Assembly: GCF_006345805.1 (NCBI RefSeq)
Contig: NC_043008.1
Coordinates: 1,364,001 to 1,428,000, forward strand
DNA length: 64,000 nucleotides
Reading direction: 5' to 3'
Source: Octopus sinensis
Taxonomy: Eukaryota
The notes under the pieces were generated by a model. It was not told the origin of the DNA and searched no databases. It was given only the letters and a program-made list of their open reading frames with translations. This document shows, piece after piece, positions 26,561 to 40,014 of the stretch. The translations under genes were made by a program, and so were the position numbers. How positions within the stretch are numbered: the stretch's first letter is position 1; each line of letters starts with the position of its first letter.

Positions 26561-27135
26561 AAAATTAAAGGGAAGGAATTAAATTGAAAGTGCCACAGCT
26601 GTTACTAGAAGCTCAGCAATCAATCATAATACTGATAGTTGTAGATCATCACAATATGCCAAACGTAATGGAAGAAGTCAACATTGGTTAAAACGAGACT
26701 CCGTCATCAGAGTAGTAAAGGCTTATATTTCAGTTCATAATGCAGAGAAGTTCAAAGGTGGAATAATTAAATGTGGAGAGCAAGCTGTGCTAGATGGAGG
26801 AAGCAGGTGGGGTTAATAGGAAGTGTTAAGACGGGGAATGTTGAGAGGTGATAAGAGAGCAAGTTCAGGATGTGGGAAAGGTTTGATAACGACGGTATTA
26901 AGGTATGTGAAAGTAGATTTGGGGAGTTGTGTGATGAGTGGCAGAGATTGTTTAGATTGCAATTGAAGGGTAGTTAGTTGTTCTTGGGCTTGTGTTTATG
27001 TGTCAAAGTTCAGGGAAAATATCGAATTACTAGAAGTTGAAATAGAGAAATAAGTGATGAAATTATAAAAAGAGGGGAAAGTGTTTATTTCAGCGGCGCA
27101 GGGGGGATACTAATGTATGTACAAATGGCATGAGA

Positions 27136-27138
<3 letters not shown>

Positions 27139-27216
<78 letters not shown>

Positions 27217-27221
27217 ATATA

Positions 27222-27275
<54 letters not shown>

Positions 27276-27285
27276 ATATATATAT
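27139..27285. repeat. Long interrupted (AT)n microsatellite
   Basis: TA run with short indels. Confidence 0.95.
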
Positions 27286-27322
27286 CTGTATGTATATATG
27301 TATGTATGTATGTATATGTATA

Positions 27323-28060
27323 TACGAAGGTGAGTCAAAACTTATACGCACTCTGTCTTTTGCAATGTATTTACACAACAGCAGGGGGATAAACAAGTAT
27401 GTAATTTTTTTTATATAGTCACCTTCCTTTCCCTCAAGCTTACGTATTCCCTCCAAGATGGAGGTTTTCGGTTGATCGTGTAACAATCCATGCACCGCTT
27501 CCTTCACATATTCATTCCTAGGAAATTGATGACCTCGTCAGCATTATTTGAGCGATCCAACAATATGATAGTCGGAAGGGGCGAGATCAGGTTTGTAGGC
27601 AGGGTGCCTTCTTTGCGCATAGGCTTCGGCGTTTCTTGTAAATTGCTGGCCTCAGTTTGTTGGCCAGCAGAACACTCCATCATGCACTGTTAATCGTACA
27701 CCTCCTTTCCAACTAATCTTACACTGTAGGCCCTTGCGAATCCCCCAAAACGGTTTAGAATCACCTTTTCGCAGATTTGAGTCTTGAATTACTTCATCGC
27801 TGGCGATCCAGTGTGTTCACACTCCCTACTCTCTCTTTTGCATTCTGCTTCATTATGATGGACCCACGCTTCATTTCCTCTTCGGTTCATGTTTCAATTG
27901 TGGGTTTGCGCGAATTTTTACTGAACATGATATTTGTTGGTATCTACTCCGTGTTGCAGCTGATTTGATTCCGATAATTACGATACGAATAAACATGAAT
28001 AAACGCCGAGTTGTTATTTTCCTCAATCAGCTGATGTGAAACATGGAATAGAATAACTTA
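27323..28060 (-). mobile_element. 5'-truncated mariner remnant
   Basis: TIR TACGAAGGTGAGTCAAAACTTATACGCAC at ~27324; YKPDLAPSDYH (YSPDL motif); C-terminal EAVHGLLHDQPKT..LEGIRKL..KEGDY. Confidence 0.85.
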
Positions 28061-29220
28061 AAGGAAACCGTTTCTTGGTGTCGATCGGGAAATCTGTTAC
28101 CTTGGATACATAGATACACAAGAGCATACGCGCAAAATACACAGAGATACACTTATGATTCTATGCTTCTATGCAAATGTACCCTCATTTATTATAATCT
28201 ACATTTTCAATGTTCTTTTTGCAAATCTTGTGCTACTTCTTTGCGCATCTTATAGCTCTTCAACTAGTACATGTTCTCGTCTCGATTCACTGAATGGCTT
28301 TGTCTTCGCAACCTGAGAAGTACTGAATATTTCAGTTTTGCATAGTCCCTGAAGTAATGACTATATATTTTACCTCAGAAATATTTTTTAATCATATATT
28401 ATGACTATACCGGCGGTTTCATTTCGCATCCCTCCACCCTTTCTGCGCTTGGATGAAATGGACATTTCTGTATCGACTTTTTTACCTCTCCACTCATGCT
28501 CTCCCTACATGCGTTCATTTGGTGTGGGTGCGGCCACCATTTAATCTGACCTCTGCAAGTTACTTCTTTTTACATTTCATACTGTCGACTGTAAAAATTT
28601 GTATTGTTTTACATCTAACTCCCGCACGTTTCTTTCGCAATTTTTGCCTTTTAACTCACTCCTTTTAACTCACTCCATGATTACGTACACTCAGCTCTCT
28701 TCTTTTACTTCTTTCACATACTTCTCTATAAATCTACAAACATATGATAAGGAATCCGCCTCCATAAAGATTTCACTATTGTCACAATGATGTCGGATAC
28801 GTTTGCGAAGCGTCAGAGTTCGTTATAATTTTAAAGCATACAAATATTTGCTATATCAGTGTGTGCAGGCGAAATACGCAAATATTCTCAACTCATTCTA
28901 TTACTTTACAACGTAAGTATATACTCAAAGACACATATTCACACACATATTTATGTGTGTGTGAGTGTGTGCTTTTTTGTGTGTGTATTTGTGGGTGCAT
29001 TATATATGTATATGAGTATATTTGCGCGAACTTATATAAATGTGTTTATATACATACGTGTACCTGAAATCATCTGAATATACATCTATTTGTATCTTTG
29101 TATAAAACTCTCTGTGCATGTCTATATCTCCATGTGCTTTAAATATGTTTCTTAGAGTATATTTTATGTGTAGATGTTATGTAATTGTATAATATTTCTA
29201 AAGCAGGTATGTGTGCGTGA

Positions 29221-29221
29221 A

Positions 29222-29294
<73 letters not shown>
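29221..29294. repeat. (GA)n microsatellite
   Basis: GA run with AAA interruptions. Confidence 0.95.
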
Positions 29295-29295
<1 letters not shown>

Positions 29296-30488
29296 CTTAA
29301 TGCTGTGTCTCGTAACGAAAATATTTTTGTACATATTTGTGCATATTCAAACTCTTATTTATAGCTTTCAATTACAATAACAATCATGAACCGAAAAAAT
29401 TCCAAAACTATATTCTTTAACTCTAGGCGATTCCTAGAAATGTTGTTACTGCATGATCTTGGAATATTTGTATTTCTTTCTATATATTTTAGGTAACATT
29501 TCTCTCCATTTCTTCATTGGGATTTTGTTTTCCTTTTTCTTCATCTACCTTACTCAATAGAAATTTTTTCGGTCCACTATTTATCCGGTTTTTATATTTG
29601 TATATAAAACCTTTTTCCCATTACTTGATTCTAAATTTTGCCTTTCCTCATACAATATTTTGCGTATATTCGTATATTTTATTCCTTTATTTTTACCTTA
29701 GATATTCTTTTGTTCACATTTTTATTCAAAGTATTTTTAGTTCGCTTTTAGAATAGATAGTATTTTCTCTTTTTTCTCGTCTCCATATTCTTTCTTTGCT
29801 TCTCAATATGCACAACTATTACTATTTGAATGAAAAAAAAAAGCGTTATCCATCGGAAATTATTCCAATTTTCTAACAATATATTGGCATGATTCCTTAT
29901 CAAAATTGAAACACTTTTACTTTACGACTTTTCTATCATGTTTTAGTATTCTCTTTTGGATGTTTCTTGATATATTTAGGGGTTGGCATTTAAATTATTA
30001 TATTTCGTTGAAAATACCGAAGTTTTTAATGAGTTATCTTACAGTTTAGACTATTTTTACTCTCAAAAAATGGAGTTTTCATATCCTTTATTATTAGGGG
30101 TTCATTCAAAACGAAATATGTATCTAAACGCATGAAACTCTACATTGTGAATATATCGTTACATGTATCCATCATCCAAATCACGTAGAAAATTAAAGAA
30201 CATTAAAAATATTTTATATTCCGTTTAAACTAAAATATTTTGGGATTGTAATCAAGGTTGTGTTTAAGAAATTATAACGGAGACATGTTAAAAATTAGTC
30301 TGAACGACTCAGTCTGAGTCACCATTATATATGTCCAGTAATAAATATATAATAACATGGGGAAAATCTTTTAAAAAGTGATCCACATAAAAATGTAATA
30401 CACGTCTAATAATTGTCTGAGTATTTTCTTGCATCCATGCGTTAACATATTTAATCAAAACTATCGTTTATATCAATATCTAAATCTG

Positions 30489-30570
<82 letters not shown>

Positions 30571-30598
30571 CCTATCTATCTATCTGTCTGTCTATCTA
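30489..30598. repeat. (TATC)n microsatellite, 5' flank of the LINE
   Basis: Tetranucleotide run ending just before the LINE ORF1 remnant. Confidence 0.95.
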
Positions 30599-30611
30599 TA
30601 TCTAAATCCTA

Positions 30612-31624
30612 GATATCGGTGTTTCGGAAAACAAGGACTGGCTGGGAAAGAGAATAGAGTTCTTCTTCCACATAAGTCAGAGGACATAAATAAAATCCCC
30701 ACCCACGTACATCTTGAGGATGGCCGCAAGTTATACGTAGTAGTCGAGGGCAGAAGGCCACGATGCTATACATGTGGCAGTGAGGCACACCTCAAAAAGG
30801 AGTGCAAATCTGCCGCAAAATTACAACAACAACAACAGCCACAGGAAAATCACAAAAGCCAGGATTATTGCCCACACCACAATATGGACAGCTAGTCAAG
30901 AAGCTGTATGCGGAAATGCAGGAAAAACAACAAAGAACAAGCAACCCAACCAAACAATACCAACACCAGCGCCAAGAACAGAATCATCACCACCAACAAC
31001 AAATAAACCAATTCCAACACCAAGAATAACAACGAAGAAGACAAGCACCAAGGATGTAGGAGAGACAATAACCACAACAACCCCCCAGCAACACCCTCCC
31101 CGCGCACCACAACAATATCTACAACCGCACAAACACACCCAGACGCTTTACCCTTGCCCCCTGTTGATTCGTCAGACTTTTCATCTAACGATGAAAGTTC
31201 GACAGAATGGCAAATAGCCACAGGGGGTAAAAGAAAAAGATCAAGAAAAACCAAACAAGAATCGCAACCAAAGCAGGGAGATACCGGAACCCTGAAAACT
31301 CCATACACAACAAAACAAGCACCAACACCACAAAAACAATGCTATCAGCGATAGACACAAAAGACTCCAAACTAATGGAGTACATCACAGGATACACAAA
31401 CATTTGTGAAGATGACTTTAAAAATAGCAATCATCCACGCACTACACACCACCCAAACACATCAAAATACTACACATCACACAAACACAACAACACCACA
31501 CTCAAAGCCCTCTTCCAAATGCTGTAGGGGGTTTCCAGAAATATCTGTCCCAAAAACTATATAGAAACCTCCTCGAAGACACATCAAAGAACGAGGAAGC
31601 CAAAACTTTCGACACAAGTAAGTA
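30612..31624 (+). pseudogene. LINE ORF1 remnant (gag-like CCHC knuckle, Thr/Pro/Gln-rich linker, basic KRKR motif)
   Basis: GRKLYVVVEGRRPRCYTCGSEAHLKKEC (CX2CX4HX4C at 30764-30805); several frameshifts; stop near 31622. Confidence 0.8.
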
Positions 31625-31675
31625 ACTCTCTGTACTTTCATTTGTGTGTTTTAAAGCACACACCCCAATAGAATC

Positions 31676-34600
31676 ATGGTCAAGATTGGTTGTGTGAATG
31701 CGCGTGGCTTGGGGTCTCCTTGGAAACAAGGATACCTCCTAAATGACATCAAGTCACATGATTTGGGAATCATAGCCATAAGTGAGACCAGACTCCACGA
31801 GCCACGGGCCCTAAAGTCCATGTTTGGCGGACAGTTTAACATTTATTTCGCTCCCTGTCTGCCGAGGATGGGCGGTAGTGGCACCGCGGTACTTTTTCAC
31901 AAGAGCCTGGATCTCGAAGTCAAGACGATATTCGTAGACCCGGAGGGTAGACTGATCGTTCTGGATGTTGACGGCAGCAATGGGTGCGCTTTTCGACTCG
32001 TATCAGTCTACGCACCGCCTTAACAGGTCGGGCGGATTTCTTTCGACGTCTAGAAGTATTCTTGGGAACGTCTCGTCCTTTACTCTTAGTGGGGGATTGG
32101 AATGCTACCTTGGACACGCATGTAGACTACGTGGGTAGAGACAGAAACAGAAGGGGATGCAAATGCCTCAGAGACCTGCTTAGACGATTCCAACTGTCTG
32201 ACAGGTACCGACTCGACCACCCAAATGCACCAACGTGGACATGGAGCAACCGCAGTGGGTCGTCGAGATCGTATCTAGATAGGATACTGTGTAGGACAGT
32301 AGACAAGGATAACTTAGGATGTCCACAATTCCACACAGTCAGCTACACGGATCACAAATTGGTGACGTGTACGCTAGACTTAGATAAGGCACATAGACAG
32401 GGTCCTGGGTACTGGAAACTGAACGCATCATTCCCGTCCAGACAAGTTTTCAGAGACCGGATTAGCACACTAGTAAAGAGGGCTTTGACGGGAGCCATCA
32501 TCAACAACAAATGGTGGTTTGCTCTCAAGAGAGCAGTAAAAGCAGAAGCGATTAGGTACAGCAAAGCACTAGCCTATATAGAATAGAGTAGAGGGTGAGC
32601 TAGTTAAGAAGCTAGAAGAGGCAATTAGAAGCGGCATCGCATCCGACGTTTTGGCGGCGAGGTTGGCCCTCGACCAACACTTCAACGCCAAACACGAAGG
32701 ATGTGCTGTCTGAGCTAGGATGCGTGCTCTAAGGAACGAAGGTGTTGGAGCCGTGAGAGAGGCCCGGGTGGCAGAGGCGCAACAGGGCAACAAAGCCACC
32801 ATTCGGTCACTGGTAGATGAACAGGGGCGCGAATTGCTCGAGCCAAGTAAAATGTGTGAGGCCTTTCAGCAGCATTTTGCCCGACTGTTCGGGACGAGTG
32901 GAGGGCAATAACGTAGGGTAGACTTCAGTGCCTACCTACATAGCCTGCCACGACTCTCGACAAGAAAGGCAGGGTGCTGCGAAGGTGCCATCACGGCGGC
33001 GGAAGTGCGGGAAGCGATGACAGAATGCTCGAGGGACAAATTACCGGGTTTGGATGGTCTACCCTACGAATTTTACTATTGCATGCCAGACTTGTTTGGA
33101 GACGTCTTGGCAGCGGTATACTGCAACTGGCAGCAAAACGGGAGCATACCCGTTTTGTGAGTCGAGGAGCTGTAACTCTGCTGAAGAAAGATCCAAACAA
33201 GGGAAACATTATAGATAACTTTAGGCCATCACTCTGCTCAATGCAGACCTGAAAATTTTGACAAAGGTGTTAGCCAAGAGGTTGGCGCTTGTCATGGAGA
33301 AACTGGTCGACAACGCACAAACGTGCGCCGCGCCGGGCCGGAGCATCCATGACAACCTCCATCTGATGCGCTACATCATAGACAGGTAGTTAACGAACCT
33401 GGCATGGGTGGGGCCCTGATCAACTTGGATCAATCGAAAGCCTTTGATAGGGTAGACCATCGATACTTGGAGGCAGTCCTGAGAGCGGCTGGTTTCGGTC
33501 CCGTCTTCCGCGGCTGGATAGCTGCCTTGTACAGAGGCATCCGTTCGGTAATTCGCGTAAATGGACATCTATCGAGACCCTTCGACATTGCACGTTCGGT
33601 CCGTCAGGGATGCCCCCTCTCGGCGCTTCTATACGTATTGACTCTTGAATATACTGCGGAAGCTGGCGACTCTGAGGGGCATCCCGCGAGAATTAGGATG
33701 CGGGACGAGCGTGTCTGCATACGCGGACGACGTCACCGTCATAGTGTCAGGCCACGAGCACATCGAGCGGGTCGGCGAGACACTGAAAGACTACGAAGCG
33801 GTGACAGGAGCAAAAATCAACCGGGAAAAGTCAGTGGGCTTGCGACTCGGCACCTGGAGAAGCAAACCCATGCCGTCCACCAGTACCTTCCGTCGTGGGA
33901 CGCTGGACAGACGGCCCGGTTGAGTTTCTCGGGGTCTGGTTCGGTCCGGACCTCCAAATGGAGAAGAACTGGAACGAGATAACGAGTAGGGTAGTCACTC
34001 TCGCCCAGCATGGGCCGAGAGGAAACTGTCCCTAAAAGGTCGGGCGGAGGTGGTGAACGCGTACATCGCGTCCATCATCTACTACCGCCTGACCGTCGTA
34101 CCTTGTCCCGACCCTACCATCACCAAACTAGAACGCATCCTCTTCCGCTTCTTGTGGAAAGATGCGTCCCAATGGTCAGGCGATCCATTTGCTGTCAACA
34201 CCCGTTAAAAGGAGGGCTGGGCATGCCGTGGTTGATGATGCGCAGACACGCGCTGAGACTGCGACATCTCCGGCTCTATGTAGACGACGGTGAACAGGTG
34301 TGGTCGCCGTTTGTGAGGCACGCATTCCCGCAACTCGTCTCCATGACCGAACTGCAGTCGTGGATCAAAAAGAGGCCGAAGAAGGGCGAATGGCACCGCG
34401 AGTGTCGCGTTGCTCTCAAGCAACTCTGCCGTCCCGGGTCAACCTTGAGTGACTTCAACACAACCAAAGCATTCTATAGGGGATTAGTGGAGGGGAGGTA
34501 CGACGACGAGCTCGGGGCAAACCTGGGCGTCGACGAGGAATACCTGACCCGCCTGTTTCAAACGACTTTCGCCCGGGACCTATGGACAACTTCCAGAGAT

Positions 34601-35100
34601 CCCTGGCCTGGCGGTGCTACCGAGAAGCGCTACCCGTTCGGGATAAGCTCTATAGGCATGGCTCGAGAAACACGGGGCCGACCTGCCCGAGATGCGGGCA
34701 GAGCGACGAAACCGCTCTGCACGCAATCGTGCAGTGTCCAGCAATTTCCCACCTGTGGGCTTGTCGAACGACTGCTGTCACTGTGGGACGTGTCGGTTTA
34801 TCCGCCGAGTCTATCGTTATATCGTCACGCCTCCTTCCTTCAAACGGGAAGGAAGAGCTATTTTTATCATACTTGTGGCTATGGCGAAAGAATGTATCTG
34901 GTGGACGTGTCTGAAAGGATTAGAGACAAACACTTTCCTCTCTGGTCAATCTCTCATCAACTTCTTCAAGTATTACTTGAAGAAAAAGTGAGAGTAGAGA
35001 GAGCAAGTTTTTGTCTAGTGAATGTTTTAAAAAAAGATGGGTGAATGTAGCAAGGATGGCACGTATGAATGACGAAGCCACCTTGACTATGATTCTATGA
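31676..35100 (+). pseudogene. LINE ORF2 (AP-endonuclease + reverse transcriptase + CCHC), frameshifted
   Basis: APE motifs VNARGL, SETR, YAP, GDWN, SYLDR, TDH; GPGYWKLN; RT motifs PGLDGLPYEFY, LDQSKAFDRVDH, RQGCPLS, YADD; C-terminal CPRCGQSDETALHAIVQC; stop TGA 35098-35100. Confidence 0.95.
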
Positions 35101-35508
35101 ACCGTAAAAATTAATACAGAGAGTTGCTTATTTGCAAAAAAAAAAAAAGAAATATAACATGTGACTTCATTGACCGAGGTTACCGTGGTCTTTTCCGTAG
35201 GCTTTTCTTTCCACGGGTAAACCTCACCTGTCCTCCCCTTTACACTTCATATTGACATTTCTGTGATAACGATCCCTATTGATCAATTTTTTTTCCTCCC
35301 CCCTTTTTTTTAACCCCCCCTTTTTTTGTCCTCTTTCTCTCCTTTTACGATCCCTTTTGATCGACCCCCCCCTTTTTTATTTTATTTTATTTTTTATTTT
35401 ATTATTATTATTATTATTTTTTTTTTTTTTTAAACCTTCAAAAGAAAAGCTCTACCTTGTAATTTGTTCTATCTGTGTGCAGCCCTGTGTGGCTAATAAA
35501 TAAACATA

Positions 35509-35521
35509 TATCTATCTATAC

Positions 35522-35562
<41 letters not shown>
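35509..35562. repeat. (TATC)n microsatellite, 3' flank of the LINE
   Basis: Same strand orientation as the 5' flank array. Confidence 0.93.
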
Positions 35563-35654
35563 GATGTCCACACAAAGACCCACGCAGAGACACACACATA
35601 TATGTGTGTGTGTATTTGTGTGCGCCGATGTGAGTGTAATTTACACATACATAA

Positions 35655-35694
<40 letters not shown>

Positions 35695-36269
35695 ATGTAT
35701 CATGCATGTATTGATGTCTACTATTTGACAAGGAACAGAGAATATAAAATACGGCTAAGTGTGCTTTTACATATTTAAATAATCATTATATGTGAGTGTG
35801 GGAGGGTGCCTGTTTGCGCATGCTGTTTATATAGGATTCATCCAAGATGACGTCATTAACGGATAGTTTAATTTGTATATAGTGCGTTTATTGGTAGTTT
35901 AAGTGACTACTAATGAATTTTAATATGTCATGCCTAGCACTGCATATTTTTGAGTATAATGCACCCTAATATAGAGTAATGTATAAATGCATTCATACAT
36001 ATGTATAAGGATATATATGTGTGTGTGTGTGTGTATTTGTGTCCGTGTGTGTGTGTCTGTGTGTGTGCGTGTATGTGTATATATATGTATATATATATAA
36101 TCTTTGTTTATGTACACATACATATACACTCGTGCAAATATATATACCTATACAAGTATATGCATATATATATATATAGTCATCAAAAAAGGGGGTAGAA
36201 TTAATTAATTGTTAATAAATTCTACCAAGCAGTATTCGGTATGTAAAGACCATTTACGGTATATTTGAA

Positions 36270-36552
36270 GTATTAATTTATAAAAAGTAAAGTAAAAAAA
36301 TTCACTTCACCACACACCGAACTTTTCAGAAATAGCAGCCAAAAATTTGGCTATTTCTTCAACTGCAAATAAAAGTCTCCAGACAATGCATACTCAGAAA
36401 ATAACTTTTTGTGAGTTATTTTCTGAGTATGCATTGTCTGGAGACTTTTATTTGCAGTTGAAGAAATAGCCAAATTTTGGCTGCTATTTCTGAAAAGTTC
36501 GGTGTGTGGTGAAGTGAATTTTTTTACTTTACCATATTTTTATAAATTAATA

Positions 36553-36553
<1 letters not shown>
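36270..36553. repeat. Near-perfect long inverted repeat with GAAATAGCAGCCAAAA core
   Basis: Arms 36270-36406 and 36414-36553, 7 bp loop; the inner ~117 bp differ by a single A indel; (TA)n at ~36555-36597. Confidence 0.96.
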
Positions 36554-36602
<49 letters not shown>

Positions 36603-37074
36603 GTGTGTATATACACATGTATATATGTGTGTGCGAAGGAGTGTGCTTATGTATGCATTTATGCAATAGGGTACATTCACGTATGTATGAATGTTAAAAT
36701 ACATCTGGACAGGAATTTCGATTATATATAGTGTAAGATATCCTTATAATCATGCAATATTCATCATTTTCATAAATTCTTTATCGAAAGATAAAGCTGT
36801 TATTTTGATTCCCCTCTTATGTTAACACCATAACTAACTTATTTTCCAATTGATAACAACTTGGAGTTTAAACTGCTAATTTCAACTGCAATATCATAGC
36901 AATCTACTGCATTGCTCTTGTTGTTCTTGTTATTAATATTCATTAATTGCATACGTACAGTGGATTTCTACAAACTGTCAATTAGGCATATTTTGTTGAT
37001 AAGGAAAGAAATGCGAAATTGAGAAATAAAAACACTAGGCAAGAAACAGACGACTGACGCGCTACTGATTGTGA

Positions 37075-37324
37075 CATGTAAAAAGATGTACAACCCCTTC
37101 GTGAGTCATAGACCCATATAGACCGGTTACCCGCTTTCCGAGGTGTATATATTTCCCACCTGGACGGTACACCGATCCGTCGCAAGACTACTCATATTCG
37201 GCAGCTGGGTGGACTGGAGCAGAGTGAAATGAAGCGTTTGCCCCAGAACACAAGGTGTCGTCCAGTCAAGGAATCAGAACCACAATCTTACGATCATGAG
37301 TCCAACACCCCTACCACTAAGTCC
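37075..37324 (-). mobile_element. tRNA-derived SINE with central CAGCTGGGTGGACTGGAGC domain
   Basis: Homologous to 60755-60930; the tRNA-like head reads on + as GGAATCAGAACCACAATCTTACGATCATGAGTCCAACACCCCTACCACTAAG. Confidence 0.8.
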
Positions 37325-38607
37325 TTAGTCTGATGTGAGCAATATCAATAATCTCCCTGTCCCATGACCACGAAGTATATCGAACTTTGACTTACGGATT
37401 AAATATTGAATATTATTAACATTACGCTTGAATTTCTGTAAAGATAGCAGCATTTCAAAGCCGGATGAAATGACCCACAGCATTTATTTCGGATGTCTAC
37501 GCGCTGAAAATAAACTCGGCTAAGAGAAGCATTTTCTGGGTTCATAAAATGAATTACCATTCGGGTACAGGATTTCGTGGAGTCGAATAACGCCTGACTT
37601 CAAATTTGCTGCCCTCGTTTCAAAGTAGAATAAAAGATGAGAGATCGTTTGAAACTGAAAGTCTATCGAATAATAGCATTTGTTTTTTCTCTAGATATTC
37701 TATTCTATCTTCTAACTCTTGTATGGCAAGACTGGAAATTACAATTCCATTCTTCGAGAAACTAAGAGATAAATAAGGTACATATATATGATAAATTCTT
37801 TACAAAATATTCAAGTCTACGAAATATCTATTAATACGTGTACTTATAAATTGAAGGATATAATCATTAAAATGAACATGTCAGTGATAGGCATATAAAA
37901 AACCACCATAGAGGTAAAATTAATTGTTAAATATATAATTACCAAAATATAATTATGATTAAGGTCATAGTAGAAGTCGATGTCAAATCTATACAAGCCA
38001 CTCTGAATTTTTTCTATATTTTAAATACAACACAAGAACAAATGTGACGTAGTCGGCATGAAGATTTACAATCATTTCGGATAACCCTATATCTTAGGAT
38101 GTCCTGTTTTGTAATACAAATTACTTTACACACTTCAGTAGAGATACAGCGACATTATGTAAGCGAAAAATGCATATACACACCGACAATGTTTGCGTAT
38201 AGATACCAATATATACGTGCATTTCCCGCGTATACATTAAGTCTAATCACCCATCTCATCCACGTCGTCAATGTCAGAACTCATGCTGGGGTGGATATAG
38301 TACCACAGTAAAGTATAATGACTAGAGAACTCAAAATTGTATATACTTATAAATTGATGATATGATCATTAAAATGATCATAAAATATACTTATAAATTG
38401 ATGATATCATTAAAAATCATTGGGTAGCGTATAAAAATCAGTAAACTACTTTTTAAGTATATACTTATAAAAAATATATAATTATATTTATGTGGCTTGT
38501 AAACATTTGATATCTATTTTCAGGGTATAGACGTTGGCACCCCAGCGCCATTAATTATAATTATATTTTTCATAATCATATAGCTAAATAATTAATATTA
38601 ATAAATT

Positions 38608-38676
<69 letters not shown>

Positions 38677-39948
38677 GTATACGTGTGTGTATATATGTAT
38701 GTGAGAGAGAGAGTGTGTGTGTGCATGTGTGTGTATGTAGAGAGAGAGAGAGAGAAAGAGGGTGAACGGCTGCATATCAACGTACGTTTCTTTCTTAGAA
38801 ATAGTATCTGTAACGAATTTGCATTCTGTTTATTCGAGTATTATTTATTAAATATGTTCATAATCCTAATAAACATTAAAACAATGTGTATATCGAGGTT
38901 GACAAAATCGACGACTAGCAGATCCCTGTACAGGTTTGAGTTGCAATCTTGTGGCCAGATAAATATTCAAAATATGCTGTTGCTCTATTTGTTCTCGAGG
39001 CAGAGCATCGCTAGCATCTCATTCCAATTTTAACATAAGGAGATCAGCCAAGGACGATGTATTGAAGATTTTCAAATTAAATCTTATTTTTTCGTAAATT
39101 CAATATGTTTTTTTTTTCTTTACATAGTTTTATATTTAGAGGACTCTAAAGAAAGTCATGTCCCTAATACAAAAATCGTGACATTCCTGTAATTGATCGA
39201 CATTTACAGATTAGATTATGACACCCAATTCTGATTTTACTGCGAATATGTGACTGCTTAAATGGTGCTGAATAAAATTAATCACAAAATTCAATAGAAA
39301 AATGTAGTGTTATAGCTAAAAGCACTGTTGAATGGTGTGTACGGATAATGGGTTATTTTTTGAATAAACATGTTTTCTTCCTTCCCTGCATAGTATTAAA
39401 ATGCATTCGTTCACTCTATTTATATAACATTCATATACATTTTCACGATTTAATTTACTGAACACTGGTTTGAACAATATGATTGTTACCATTTTAGAAC
39501 ATTCATACCTCACTATACTGAAATACTTTGCAAGACGCAATAGGGGGATTCCAGTATATTTGGGTTTGTTCAATTGAGTAAATATTTAGGCTCATTAATT
39601 AAAAGTGAAAATTATTTAAATAAAACAAATAAACCTTTAGTCGATTCTACAAAATTGCAATTCAAATAGCCCAATAATGCAAATTCAAAAAATAAAAAAC
39701 AGACAAACCATTTCCAATTTTATTTCCCTCGAACATTTATTTCCTTCCTCTGTCTTTTCTCGTAGGCGCCCCTCTCATGTATTTTTTTGTTTATTTTTGT
39801 GAAACGTCTGAAAACCTAAGTTCTATATAGTTTCAGTAAGAATCACAATGCGAAAATGCTATTTTACGTTCGTGCTTAACATCCTATTTGGGGAATGCTT
39901 TATATATACATTAGCGAGATGTATCCAGTCTTAGGATAGCTACCTCAC

Positions 39949-40014
39949 CCCCAAATCTGCGCAGTCACCGTCATCGAAGACATCACTGAACGAAATCATA
40001 TAGAGTACATTTCT
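39949..40014 (-). CDS. Candidate exon E (RNVLYMISFSDVFDDGDCADLG)
   Basis: Acceptor GTGTGCATTTCAG, donor GTGAGG, 66 nt, only one frame open. Confidence 0.25.

Larger units (their letters stand above)
30612..35504 (+). mobile_element. L1/Tx1-clade non-LTR retrotransposon, 5'-truncated and disabled
   Basis: ORF1 remnant with a zinc knuckle; ORF2 with APE, RT and C-terminal CCHC; pyrimidine-rich 3' UTR; AATAAATAAA at 35495-35504. Confidence 0.95.

Noticed and set aside
30892-31430. Hydrophobic minus-strand ORFs (VVVV/LLLL rich)
   Set aside because: Antisense shadow of the A/C-rich LINE ORF1.
37840-38470. Recurring TACTTATAAATTGA motif (3-4 copies)
   Set aside because: Short AT-rich slippage duplications with no spacer array structure; not CRISPR-like.
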